Shown in pieces: positions 28,216-38,994 of a DNA stretch of 64,000 nt (positions are counted from its first letter, which is position 1; each line of letters starts with the position of its first letter). The DNA is from Lama glama (lineage: Eukaryota), in assembly GCA_028534125.1 (NCBI GenBank), contig CM052816.1, positions 37,326,001-37,390,000 of the forward strand, in the 5' to 3' direction. The notes beneath the pieces were generated by a model. The model was not told where the DNA came from. It did not search any database and was given only the letters and a program-made list of their open reading frames with translations. The position numbers and the translations under genes are program-made.

Positions 28216-29941
28216 TATGAGTTCATACTCTCTTGGGCTCAGAGGATCTGAATTTGGTAACCTGGCAGAAATATTAAATAGGAATATATTAAAAGGTTAA
28301 CAGAGGATTGTATAAGTGTCCTTTCCTTTTTTAATACTTCCTATAGAATTACCACCAAGAAGGAATCCCTGGAGTTAAAAAGTTTACCAGTTATTAAGCG
28401 GTAACACAATGCCTAAGTTGCTCAAGCCTCACAGAGTTGAAAACCTAAAGTTCCACCTCATCTTCCTTATACCCTCTGTCTTTTCTGTCAGTGTCTTTTC
28501 ATAAATGGCAGCAAATAACAGCATTGGAAAACACTGGAAGGTTGACTTCTGACTTCTTAGACAACATGGTAACTGATCAAAGGAATGTAATTCTGTTATT
28601 GGCTAATTTTCATTTTTGAAGATTTACTGAGGTGAGTGAGTCAATGTATATTGCATTATTAGATGTAGGATGATGTGACGTTTGTGTGGACAAGTACGAG
28701 TGGTGAAATGGAGAACAAGAAGTATTTTCTAATACTATTAATCTTACGGAATTGAAGCCATTGCAAATTGTGTGCTTTAGTTTTTTTAAGGATAAAAAAT
28801 CTTGTGCCATGTAGTAATGTGTTAAATCAGGTACTGTATTTCTTTTAAAGCAATCGAGATAATGCACCTTAATATTATTTTGCTAATTAAAATTAAAGTT
28901 TCAAGCTAATTTGATTTCTTATATTAATGAAACAGAGTGTAGGTATCTCTGGCTCTGTCCAAACAAGGGGAATTGCTGTGTTTCCCTACCCACTAGTCAT
29001 ATGTTTATAGACATTTAAAAATGGCACCTTCTGTAAATAACAATTTAATCTGTATGCTCATAGCTAAATTGCCATATATTTTAACAAGTTAGCTTGCACC
29101 TATTCTTTTTTTAAACATTTTTTTATTGAGTAATAGTCATTTTACAATGTTGTGTCAAATCCCAGTGTAGAGCACAATTTTTCACTTATACATGAACATA
29201 CATATATTCATTGTCACATTTTTTTTTCACTGTGAGCTACCACAAGATCTTGTATATATTTCCCTGTGCTACACAGTATAATCTTGTGTATCTATTCTAC
29301 ATTTTAAAATCCCAATCTGTCCCTTCCCACCCACCGCCCTCTTGGCAACCACAAGTTTCTATTCTATGTCTATGAGTCTGTTTCTGTTTTGTATTTCTGT
29401 TTTTGTTTTTGTTTTTGTTTTTGTTTTTTTAGATTCCACATATGAGTGATCTCCTATGGTATTTTTCTTTCTCTTTCTGGCTTACTTCACTTGAATGGCA
29501 ATGTCTCCAGGGACATCCATGTTGCTGCAAATGGCGTCATATTGTTGGTTTTTATGGCTGAATAGTATTCCATTGTATAAATATACCACACCTTCTTTAT
29601 CCAGTCATCTGTTGATGGGCATTTAGGCTGTTTCCATGTCTTGGCTATTGTAAATAGCACTGCTATGAACACTAGGGTGCAGGTGTCTTTTTGAAGTAGG
29701 GTTCCTTCTGGATATATGCCTAGGAGCGGGATTCCTGTGTCATATGGTAAGTCTATTCCTAGTCTTTTGAGGAATCTCCATACTGTTTTCCACAGTGGCT
29801 TTCCTTGCTTCCCTCTCCCACTCTTGATGATTTAGATGTCTTCTTTTACAATTTTGTGTTTATTCTATCTGTAATTCATGGTAGTGATCACCTTTCCAGT
29901 TAAGAGTTTCTCATTTTTGTAGCATCCTGCTTCTTTTCTAC

Positions 29942-30788
29942 TTAGAGTAGACCTGTCANNNNNNNNNNNNNNNNNNNNNNNNNNNNNNNNNNNNNNNNNN
30001 NNNNNNNNNNNNNNNNNNNNNNNNNNNNNNNNNNNNNNNNNNNNNNNNNNNNNNNNNNGGACTTTGAATATATCTTGCCACTCCCTTCTGGCCAGTAGTG
30101 TTTGTGTAGAGAAATCAGCTGAGACCCTTATGGGGGTTCCTTTGTAACTCACTCTTTGATTTTCTCTTGCTGCCTTTAGGATCCTTTCTTTATCCTTGAC
30201 TCTGGCCATCTTGATTATGATATGTCTTGGTGTGGGTCTGTTTGGGTTCTTCCTGTTTGGGACACTCTGAGCCTCCTGTGCTTGGAAATCTGATTCCTTC
30301 TTTAGGTTTGGGAAGTTTTCAGTCATAATTTCTTCAAATACCTTTTCAATCCCTTTTGTTCTTTCTTCCCCTTTTGGAACCCCTATTATGTGTAGATTGG
30401 CATGCTTTATATTATCCCATAGGTCCCTTATATTGTTTTCATTGTTTTTTGTTTTTCTCTCAGCTGTTCTGATTGGGTGCTTTCTGTTGTCCTGTCTTCT
30501 AGGTCACTTATTCGTTCCTCTGGTTTGCACAGCCTTTAAGTCAGCTCTAATCTCAGCTGATGAGTTTACTAATTCTACTTGGTTCTTCTTTATAGCTTCT
30601 ATTTCATTTTTGACATATTTTGTATCTCTAAACACGATCTCTTTTAGTTCCTTCAGTACTTTGATCAGTCCTTTTTTGAAATCTTGATCTAGTAGGCCAT
30701 CAATGTCTATTTCTTTGATTGTGCTTTCAGGGGATTTCTCTTGATCATTTAATTGGGAGTGGTTCCTCTGCTTCTTCATATTGCTCAT
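29942..30788 (-). pseudogene. L1 ORF1p (RNA-binding chaperone), frameshifted and interrupted by an assembly gap
   Basis: MSNMKKQRNHSQL...coiled coil; MTENFPNLKKE...PTPRHIIIKMARVKDKERILKAARE...YKGTPIRVSADFS...ARREWQDIFKV. The GLL-stop is at 29942-29944. There are frameshifts near 30523 and 30447. Confidence 0.92.
29959..30058. other. Assembly gap (100 N)
   Basis: Run of exactly 100 N, typical of a gap of unknown size. Confidence 0.99.
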
Positions 30789-31909
30789 ATCTCTCTGGCA
30801 CTGTGGCCAGTGGGCGGGCGGGTCACTCCCCCTCCCTATGCCTCATTTAGATGCTGTGCTCGGGTGAGGCAGGTGGGTGGATTGTGCCCCCTCCAAGCAC
30901 CATGGTCAAGTGCTGCATTACTGCCGGGAAAGCAGGTGGCTGCCCACCCTCTCCCGGTGCCTATCGCTGGCTGTTCTGTGCAGCTGCCGCTCTGGTCAGT
31001 GCTCCGTAGGTGGGCTCAGGGAAGACCGCAGAACCGCCCAGCCCCTGCTCTGTGTCAAATCTCAGCTCTTTGTTTGTCTTGGCGGCGTGAGTACTCTGAG
31101 GTGCCAGGGCAGAAAGATCCTATCTGCCTCGGGCTGTAAACAAGTCTCAGTCCTGCCTAGGAGGTTGTGGAGCCCCCGGGTGTGGATTCAGGTCTCGGCC
31201 CCACCCCTGCCCGGGCGCTGCGCACAGGAGGAGATGGCAGCAGTGGCTGTGCCCCACCTCTCTTCTTGCAAGAAGTGCCAGTAATGGCGCCACAGGTCTG
31301 AGGAGACAAAGGCTACAGCGCCCCTCCCCGCAGGGCACACCAGCCTTGTTGCTTTGCTTTTTTCACAGTTTATGGGGGACTGAGGTTGTTCTTCTCTGTA
31401 TCCCCTCCCAGCCATGGTGCACAGCCCCCTGCAGTCCCCCAGGGCTGTCTCAGTGCAGCCGCCCCAGTCCTCTGCCTGGCTTGGGCGGCCTGTCCCGGCT
31501 CCAAGCTGCTGGCTCACGTTCTGGGCTGTATGTTGCGGGGACCCTTTGTGCCCGTTTAACTTAGTTCTGTCGGTCAAGGGGTGCTTGGGGCAGATCTGAG
31601 CCTCGGAGGCTCCCTCTCCTTCCCCCAGCCTCCCCGTAGGAAGGGTGAGACCCAGCGAACGAGCACCAGTCCTCCTTTGCCGCTCCCTCCCCGCGGGACC
31701 CGTCCCGCGCTGCTTTGCCTTTTGTTCTTTCTTTTTTCCTTTTTTCCTACCAGATTTTTGGCGTTTTTGTCTTTCGAAGAGGGCAATGTGATCTCGGAGT
31801 TCGGCAGGTGCTCTGGTTGGCTAAGTGGGTTTGTAGACGTGAATTTTGGTGTATGTGTGGAAGACGGTGAGCTACAAGCGTCCTTCTACTCCTCCATCTT
31901 GCTGTGCAT
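30789..31909 (-). promoter_or_regulatory. L1 5'UTR internal promoter, CpG-island-like
   Basis: The only extended GC/CpG-rich kilobase in the window. The minus strand begins ...CAGCAAGATGGAGGAGTAGAAGGACG, with a YY1-like CAAGATGG motif at the 5' end as in other mammalian L1s. Confidence 0.8.
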
Positions 31910-33914
31910 TTGCACCTATTCTTTTACTTTTAAAATCTATTATTTGACTATGGAGAAAGTTACACAAAAAGTAAGGTACTAGCATTGCACAGTGAAGCTG
32001 CATAGGAGAATATGGCAATATGGTATTAGAAATTATGAGTAAATATTTTTACATACTTTAAAATCTTATTACTCATTTTTTTCTTCTCTAATTTACAAAT
32101 CAATAGCCATAATATTTTCTGTAGGTGACTAATAGTTGCCTAAAGCAACAAGTTCATGTTTTTGAGAAATTTTTACAGCAACTGAAAAGCAACAGAATTA
32201 TGTCTACACACTTTGCTATAGTACTGAGGACCACATATCTGTTAGGAGGGCTGAATGGAATTTAACTCTGTAAGCGTGCTAAGGAAGGCATCATCTTCAG
32301 TAGCAAGGGCAGAAACCACTGCAAATGATTTTACTCTGATGCTTGGCAAAACCAGTTATTTTTCTGAATACCAAGAATTAACAATGGTTGATCTTATAAA
32401 CTCTTTCACCCCCATACACTGCCATCATTTAGCATCTGTGTGTGGCTAAAGTGTGGGCTAATGTGAATGGAGACATTATCCAAGCATAACATGCAGTATA
32501 ATTGTGGATTTAGCTTTTCAATTGAATTGCTTTAAGCAATGTTAAAAAAAAAAGATATTATTCTCTAACAAAGGAGTAATTTGCATTAGCAATATGTTTG
32601 GTTTTTGGTGTTTCTATGATTTTTACAGGTTTATTGCATTTAATAGAGATTCATGCAATTATGAAAATGTTATTTTTCAAGTACTTATCAGTACCAGACA
32701 GTATGGCTAGTTTCAGCCGAGGACAATTATCAGTTAATTTGGCATCTATCTAGTAGATTGGCTCCCAAATCACAAGGCTTTTCAGACTAAATAGCATTTA
32801 TTTCATGAGTTGTTCACAAGTGCTCATCTGCATGTATGAAATTTCTCCTCTGATTCTGGTCTCTGAATGTGCATGTTAAGCAAAATCAATTTGTTTCATG
32901 TTTCAGATACTGGCTAACTTACTGTCTTCTGAACTCATTTTTAAAGTTCTTAATTCCCCTAATTAAGACAATTATTTTCATAAGGATTTATATCACTAAC
33001 TCACTGTGCTGTGCCTCAGTTAGGAAGCCTGTAGCATGGAAATGTAGGGAGAGTCTACTAAAATGTCTAGTTCATTTATACACAAACTCTTATGTGAGGA
33101 GATGGGAGAAAAACAAAGCAAAACAAAAACCAACCACCAAATATACAGTTGGTTTTCACAGGAAAACTTATGTATAGTTTAGCTATCACTTTATGTGATA
33201 TGCTAAAACCCGGAGAACAGTCTAAAAACAGAAGCATCACATGTGCATTTATGGTTTTATATTCTATACCTTTAAAATTTTAAGTGCAATAACTAAATTC
33301 ACTCTAACCTTCTATATAATATTTTGTTATTTAGCCATAACTTGGCAAACACATGAATCTGAGAAAATATGATACATGTTGCTTTTAATTGTAATGCAAA
33401 AATTGAATATGTGTATGCATTTGTATATGTTCATAGTTCTTAATGTCTAAAGAAATATAAGTTTGTGGTGTTTTGCTGGTTTACTAGTTTTTGTTTAACA
33501 TAAGGTATAAAGCTCTGAGGTTGCTTTCTTAATGTCAGTTTCACTCAAAGCAGCAACAAATTTACTTACGCAAATGTTGCCACCTTCACGTTATTTTTCA
33601 TTTGTGTTATATACACAAACAGAGTTTTTACAAAACATAGCTTTCACACTTGTCAGTGTTTCCTAAAAAGCCATAGATTATGCAATGTATTTTTAATTAC
33701 AGAAAAATAAAGCAGCACAAAAATTACCCCACATTGCCAGTAACCAGAAGAAAAATTACTTTGAGTTAGATTCATTCTTTTTATTCTGATTTTTAATAGA
33801 TTTAAGGTGATTTGTCCATTCATTCTGCTTATTCACCACTGTGGTCAAAAGTGATTATTTTTAGAATATTGAATAAGGGTGCAGAGAAGCACTTAGTCTG
33901 TTATAGTGACGCTT

Positions 33915-34000
33915 AAGAGAACTAACTGAACTATCCTGGAATCTAACCATTGGCTTGGCAGTATTAGCTCAAGACTCAAAGTATACTAAGCCATGTGACT
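33915..34000 (-). mobile_element. Ancient tRNA-derived SINE remnant (MamSINE1-like)
   Basis: Minus strand GGCTTAGTATACTTTGAGTCTTGAGCTAATACTGCCAAGCCAATGGTTAGATTCC...TTCAGTTAG resembles a degraded tRNA-SINE head. Confidence 0.4.
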
Positions 34001-36959
34001 AACACTTGTGGCAAAAGTTCATTTTGAAAATTTATTGCCTATTTTGTGAAGTATACTTTCCTTTTATTTGTATTATATTTACTCTTCATTATTTTGAACA
34101 GATTCACACACTGTTCAAAGTTTAATTTATTGTATCTATTCACTAATTCATTTCTTGGTATAGTAATAAAAATAGTAGTTTCATTCAATACATTATTGTT
34201 AACCACTAGTTTTAAAGCTGATTTGCTTCATTCTCTAATACTCATGGGTTATCTCAAGATCTTCATATAGTTCATTACTATTCATCTGGGTTGCACTGAG
34301 CCAAAGCCCCTGGGCTCATCAGCAAAGTGACTGTTTCATCTGAGCCCTTCCTCTTCAGTATCGTGTGTACATAGTTTTGTGTGTATGTTTGTGTGTGTGT
34401 ATCATTGCTCTCTAATCTTTTCCAGAAAAAAAAAAAACTCACAACTACTTTATGCTTGGAAAGTTTCTTTTGTTTCTTATGTATAAGAAAACCCTTTCTT
34501 CCTTTATTATTATTGTTAGTATTATATCTAAGCCAGTCTTTTCATAATAATCCCCGCTCCATTCCCACCCCCGCCACTGCCTCTGTGATTTAATTGACTA
34601 ATTAACCTTGTTGTAAGTTTTACTCCATGTGTCTAGCCCTCCTGAGTGTAATAGATTAGTTAGTCATATGTTCCTTTACAAATGCCAAGTTTCCTCTCAT
34701 AGATGTGCAGATCACAACTATAACATATAGATGGTTTATATAAAACAATTTCTCTGTGTTACTTAAAATATACAAATTCAATGGACAGCCAATACTCAAA
34801 GACCTTTACATATAAGGAATTATGGAAGCTGGTGTTGTATTATGAAAAGGAGTACTGTTAAACAGTTTATTGGGTTTTGAAAGGATTAAAAAATAATATT
34901 TTTTCCTAGTAGAAACAGATAGGAAAAGGTAAATTATAAAGGCATCATTAACAATGAATTTGGAAGATTGACTATTTGGCATGCAGAGAGCCTCAAGGAC
35001 CACGTACAAGAGAATACCAAAGCGATACTGAGGCGTTATGCAGAGTGGCATTCTCAAGTCTGGGGAAAATTCATTTTTGCCAGGGTGTAGAGTAAAACAA
35101 AAATTTCCACTGGAAGCTAGCCAGAAGGTTAATTTGGGCATATTGCAGAACATCTTTTATGTAAGGGTGGCAAGATTTTAATTTTTTATCGGGTCAGTTC
35201 TAAAAATTTAGAATCATATTGATAAAACTCTGCAAAATTGTATATATTTTGTAAATTTCTGTTAAAATATGGCTTTGTAAAATGAAATAAAATACCAAGT
35301 ATATCTTACAGAATTATACATATGAAGTCATGTCTAAATAAATATGAAGCAGTATTCTGATACAAAACTAATATCAGAGACAATGGGTGTGTATGTGCAT
35401 GGTCAAGAATTAGTAGCAGAAGAAAAAAAATGCATTGTCATAAAATATTATGTACAAACCCAAGAAAACAGCAACTGTTTGACCATTTTATACAATATAG
35501 TGGGGAACCACAGAGCACAGGGGAGAAATAAATAATTCTAAATATGTAAGAGTTAAAAAGATAGAAAGATAGATGTCAAAGATTCCATGAAAATAGATTT
35601 TGATGTGTTCAACATTAGTGAGTCTAGTTAGATTTTGAAGGTGTAACAGGAAACTCAATTTCATTTCATATTTTGACTTGCCCATTATGTGAATTCAAGT
35701 AGTTCTTAGAATGAAAACTGCAGGTTGAAAACCTTCCAATCTGTCTGTAGCTTCTGAATTCACTCAGAAATAATAATAAGGGCTAGCTCATTGTACCAGA
35801 AAATGGAGGAAGATAGAGAGATGGTACCAAGATAACAAGAGATTCTTCATTATTCATTGAAGTTTGGAGTAATTATGCTTGAAGAGAGAGGCCTTTATAC
35901 CACAGAATCACCTCTCTTGGCACAGCCCTGTCCTTTTCTTGAATCTAAGGCACTTGAGACTAACAGAGATAGATGTGCTCCCATTTTGAAACTTCACTGA
36001 TGTTCATTCTGCTTAGAAATTTTAAAAAGTCTGACAAATTTCACTTCTTACAATCTGCTTTACTTTAACATATATCATTTTATTTTATCTACATTTGACA
36101 GAAGTTTGTTTTTTTTTAATGTTCATTCTTTAATTGGCATATGGCCCAAATAAGTTCCATGAAAAAATAATAGAGAAGTTCTTCAGAGTTTTTAATTAGG
36201 TCAAGTCAATTTTCTCTTCCTCTTAAGCCAAGGGCATCATTATTAGAAAGTACATAATGTGATACAGGATTTCAAAAGCAGCGCAATCAATGGCTTTTCC
36301 ATTGTCAGGGAATAATAGGGCTGAAGCTTAATTACACTTCAAAACTGAACAGCAAAAAAATCTTGAGGTATAGTAGCCTTTTTCACAGGTTTTTTGAGGT
36401 CAAAATTTATAAAAGTAGAGATAAAACTTTGTCGATTTTCTCTGAATGTTTAGCGTGTATTATAGACTGACTGGTCTTCTGCTGACGAGGACTATAATGT
36501 TGTGATAGTTCAAGGCTACGAAGTCATTATGACTTCAAATAGGTAGATGTTATTTGACTTTAAATGACAGAGTTTTCTGTCTCTTTATACCCATAAAAAG
36601 CTTAATTCACCTAGAATATTTTTACATAGTGCTTTCAGCATTGCTCTTTGTGCTTTCCTTTTATGCAGAAAATTTGAAACAATGTACTGTAAAATCCCCC
36701 ATATGCACTAAACTGGATTCAACCACTATTAAAGAAAAAATAAGTTGCACTGGGCTAAACGCAGTCCACTTCAGATAATTTTCTAAATTAATGTAATTTA
36801 AAGCTCTAGTGATAAACTGCTGCCTTTTAATACTTGTAGCATTACTACTAGTAAAAACCTGTATAGGAATTTTTAATGTTTAAATGCACTCCTACCTACA
36901 ATATCTCACTTGAGTTATATATATTATATATATATATATCATCAGACTTTAGAGCCAGT

Positions 36960-37130
36960 TTAGTTATTCCTATTGTGTGGTTGAGGAAATTGAGGCTAAA
37001 ACTATTTAATGCCTTGCCCCAGATAGTACATGGTTAGTAAGCCTGTCTTTGTGTGTGTATGTGTGTGTTTAATAGGAGAGATTTGAGTTCAATACTAAAG
37101 ACTTGAGCTCAGTCCCTGTGTTACCTGCCT
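36960..37130 (-). mobile_element. MIR SINE fragment
   Basis: TGAGGAAATTGAGGCT...CCTTGCCCCAGATAGTACATGGTTAGTAAG...GAGATTTGAG. Confidence 0.6.
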
Positions 37131-38994
37131 GTGAACGTTTCAATCCAAATAGAATTCAATCGCACTTTGGGAAGAAATGAGAAAACAAATAGAGAATCTG
37201 TCTCTGAACTAAAAGAGAGAGGCCTGGTCACAATAGTCTTATTATCAAGTACAAAGATAAGCCGAACTGCTAAATAGTGCCTCAGCTAGAGCTGATTCTT
37301 CCAAATGGTGATGTTTCTCAAGGCACAGACATAAATCAGGAGTCTGTATCTCTGCTTTATGGCACAGATTTGAGTGTAGCTCCTTAAAAAAAAAGAAAAG
37401 AGGCACTTGAGTGAGCTTCAGACTCTCCCTGTCTTGCCGTCCAACCTACTTCTTCCTCCTCCCTTGTTTCCTTCTCACCTCTGTCAATTCCTCTCGCTTC
37501 TCTGGATGCACAGGCAGCAGGCAGCCCCTCCCTTTCAATATTATGATCATAAAGTAAGGTCTCAAAAGTGGGTTATAGTTTTTCAAAGAAAAACTGTTAA
37601 AAATACAAATCATTTTCCTTAAGATTTTGATAAAAATGTTATAAAAGAACCCATACTAATTTTTATAACTTTAGGTATAAAATCATAATACATTTTAATG
37701 ATTCAAGTTCAGAAAAATAGACATATATACCCATTTATTTTGAAGAACCCAAAATAAAATTAAATTCTTAAAATTGCTTATTATTTATTTGCTACAAAGT
37801 GTGTTTTAAATGGTCCTACATATACAATTATTTGGAATACAGGAAGTCAGAGAAATAAGCAGAAATGTCTGCATAGAAATTCCCAAGCTTATCATCTGTG
37901 TTTATGGAAAAGACTTGTTGAACCAAACGATAATCATCATAAAATACAAGCGTGAAAACACTTCATTTTATTGTCGTACTGCCCTTTAAAATGCTAAATG
38001 AACCTTTCATCTTAAATCATAACATGTGTAAGCCTCTTGAGTCTTTTGCTCCTTCTAAGGTAGTATAAATTTCTATGGTCACTTTAAAGAAGCAAGATTG
38101 TCCCAATTCAATAAAAAATCCCTAGCATCGTGTAGTAATCATAATTTGAAACAAATTTAATATTAAATCATCTTGTCTTCCCCAGATAAGGCTAAATATT
38201 GACTGAAATCTCTCTTGCAGAAGCTTCTTTGATCAGGATCCCTTCACATTTAAATGGCCTCAGGCCACAAGTCCTTCTGTGGGTTCAATATCTTGTCCTA
38301 CGAGTCATATGTATCTGTCACCTCATCAGAGTGGTGTGCAGCCATTTCCTAAATGAACCTCTCCATTTCTGTTACCCTAGTGCTTTAGCCAGTCTCTCCT
38401 CTTTTAGTTTGCTTAAATGTGGTCACACCTTGGAATCCCGTGTCCGCTAACTGCAGGGAACGCATAAATTCCCATAGAAACCCCAACCAGCAGACTTGAG
38501 GAAAAGGGCAGCCAGCTCCCCTTTGCTGTCCGCAGGAATCCACAAAACCGTCCAAACAAATTCTCTTCAAAACTCAAAAGCTCTCCAGTCTCTCAAGAAT
38601 CCTACCCTTATATTCTCTCCATGTTAGTGAGTTGCTTTAAGAGGTTTATGACCACTTGTCCTTGTAGACTGTTTCACTACTCACTTTGGAAAGTACCGGC
38701 ATCTCTTGCCTCCGTGACTTCACTGAAACTGGGTTGGAATTCTGCGTTAACTTGCTAGGTACCTATACACAGATAAAATTACAGAAAAAGACTTGTTTAA
38801 AATTGATTCTAACATCTATTGAATTTTACATAAAACATCTACAAAGGCATCGCTTAAATGTTAAAAAGAAAAAGAAAAATAGGCTGATCCTTTATAACAC
38901 CTGTATTTTCAATAACCCCCTGTTTTCAGTTCTTTCTTTTGTGAAATTTCTTCATATTTCCCTTTCACCATTTCTCTTTCTCAGAAATAATGCT

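Larger units (their letters stand above)
29110..31909 (-). mobile_element. Young lineage-specific L1 with 5'UTR, ORF1 and 3' end but lacking most of ORF2
   Basis: Exact 16-bp TSD TTGCACCTATTCTTTT at 29094-29109 and 31910-31925. GC/CpG-rich 5'UTR, ORF1 peptides, ORF2 C-terminal peptide (29487..29672), and a 3'UTR closely matching the copy at 20622-21409. Confidence 0.93.

Noticed and set aside
29865..30326. 153-aa ORF spanning the N gap as a single reading frame
   Set aside because: The frame after the gap is arbitrary because of the 100-N placeholder; the real ORF1 end (GLL-stop) is in another frame.
30789..31909. CpG island as a host gene promoter
   Set aside because: It lies wholly inside the L1 TSDs and leads directly into ORF1.
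30753..31982. Cluster of overlapping 60-135 aa ORFs, including a possible antisense ORF0 analogue (31581..31982)
   Set aside because: Expected from stop-codon scarcity in the GC-rich L1 5'UTR; most start at GTG/TTG and none resembles a known protein.
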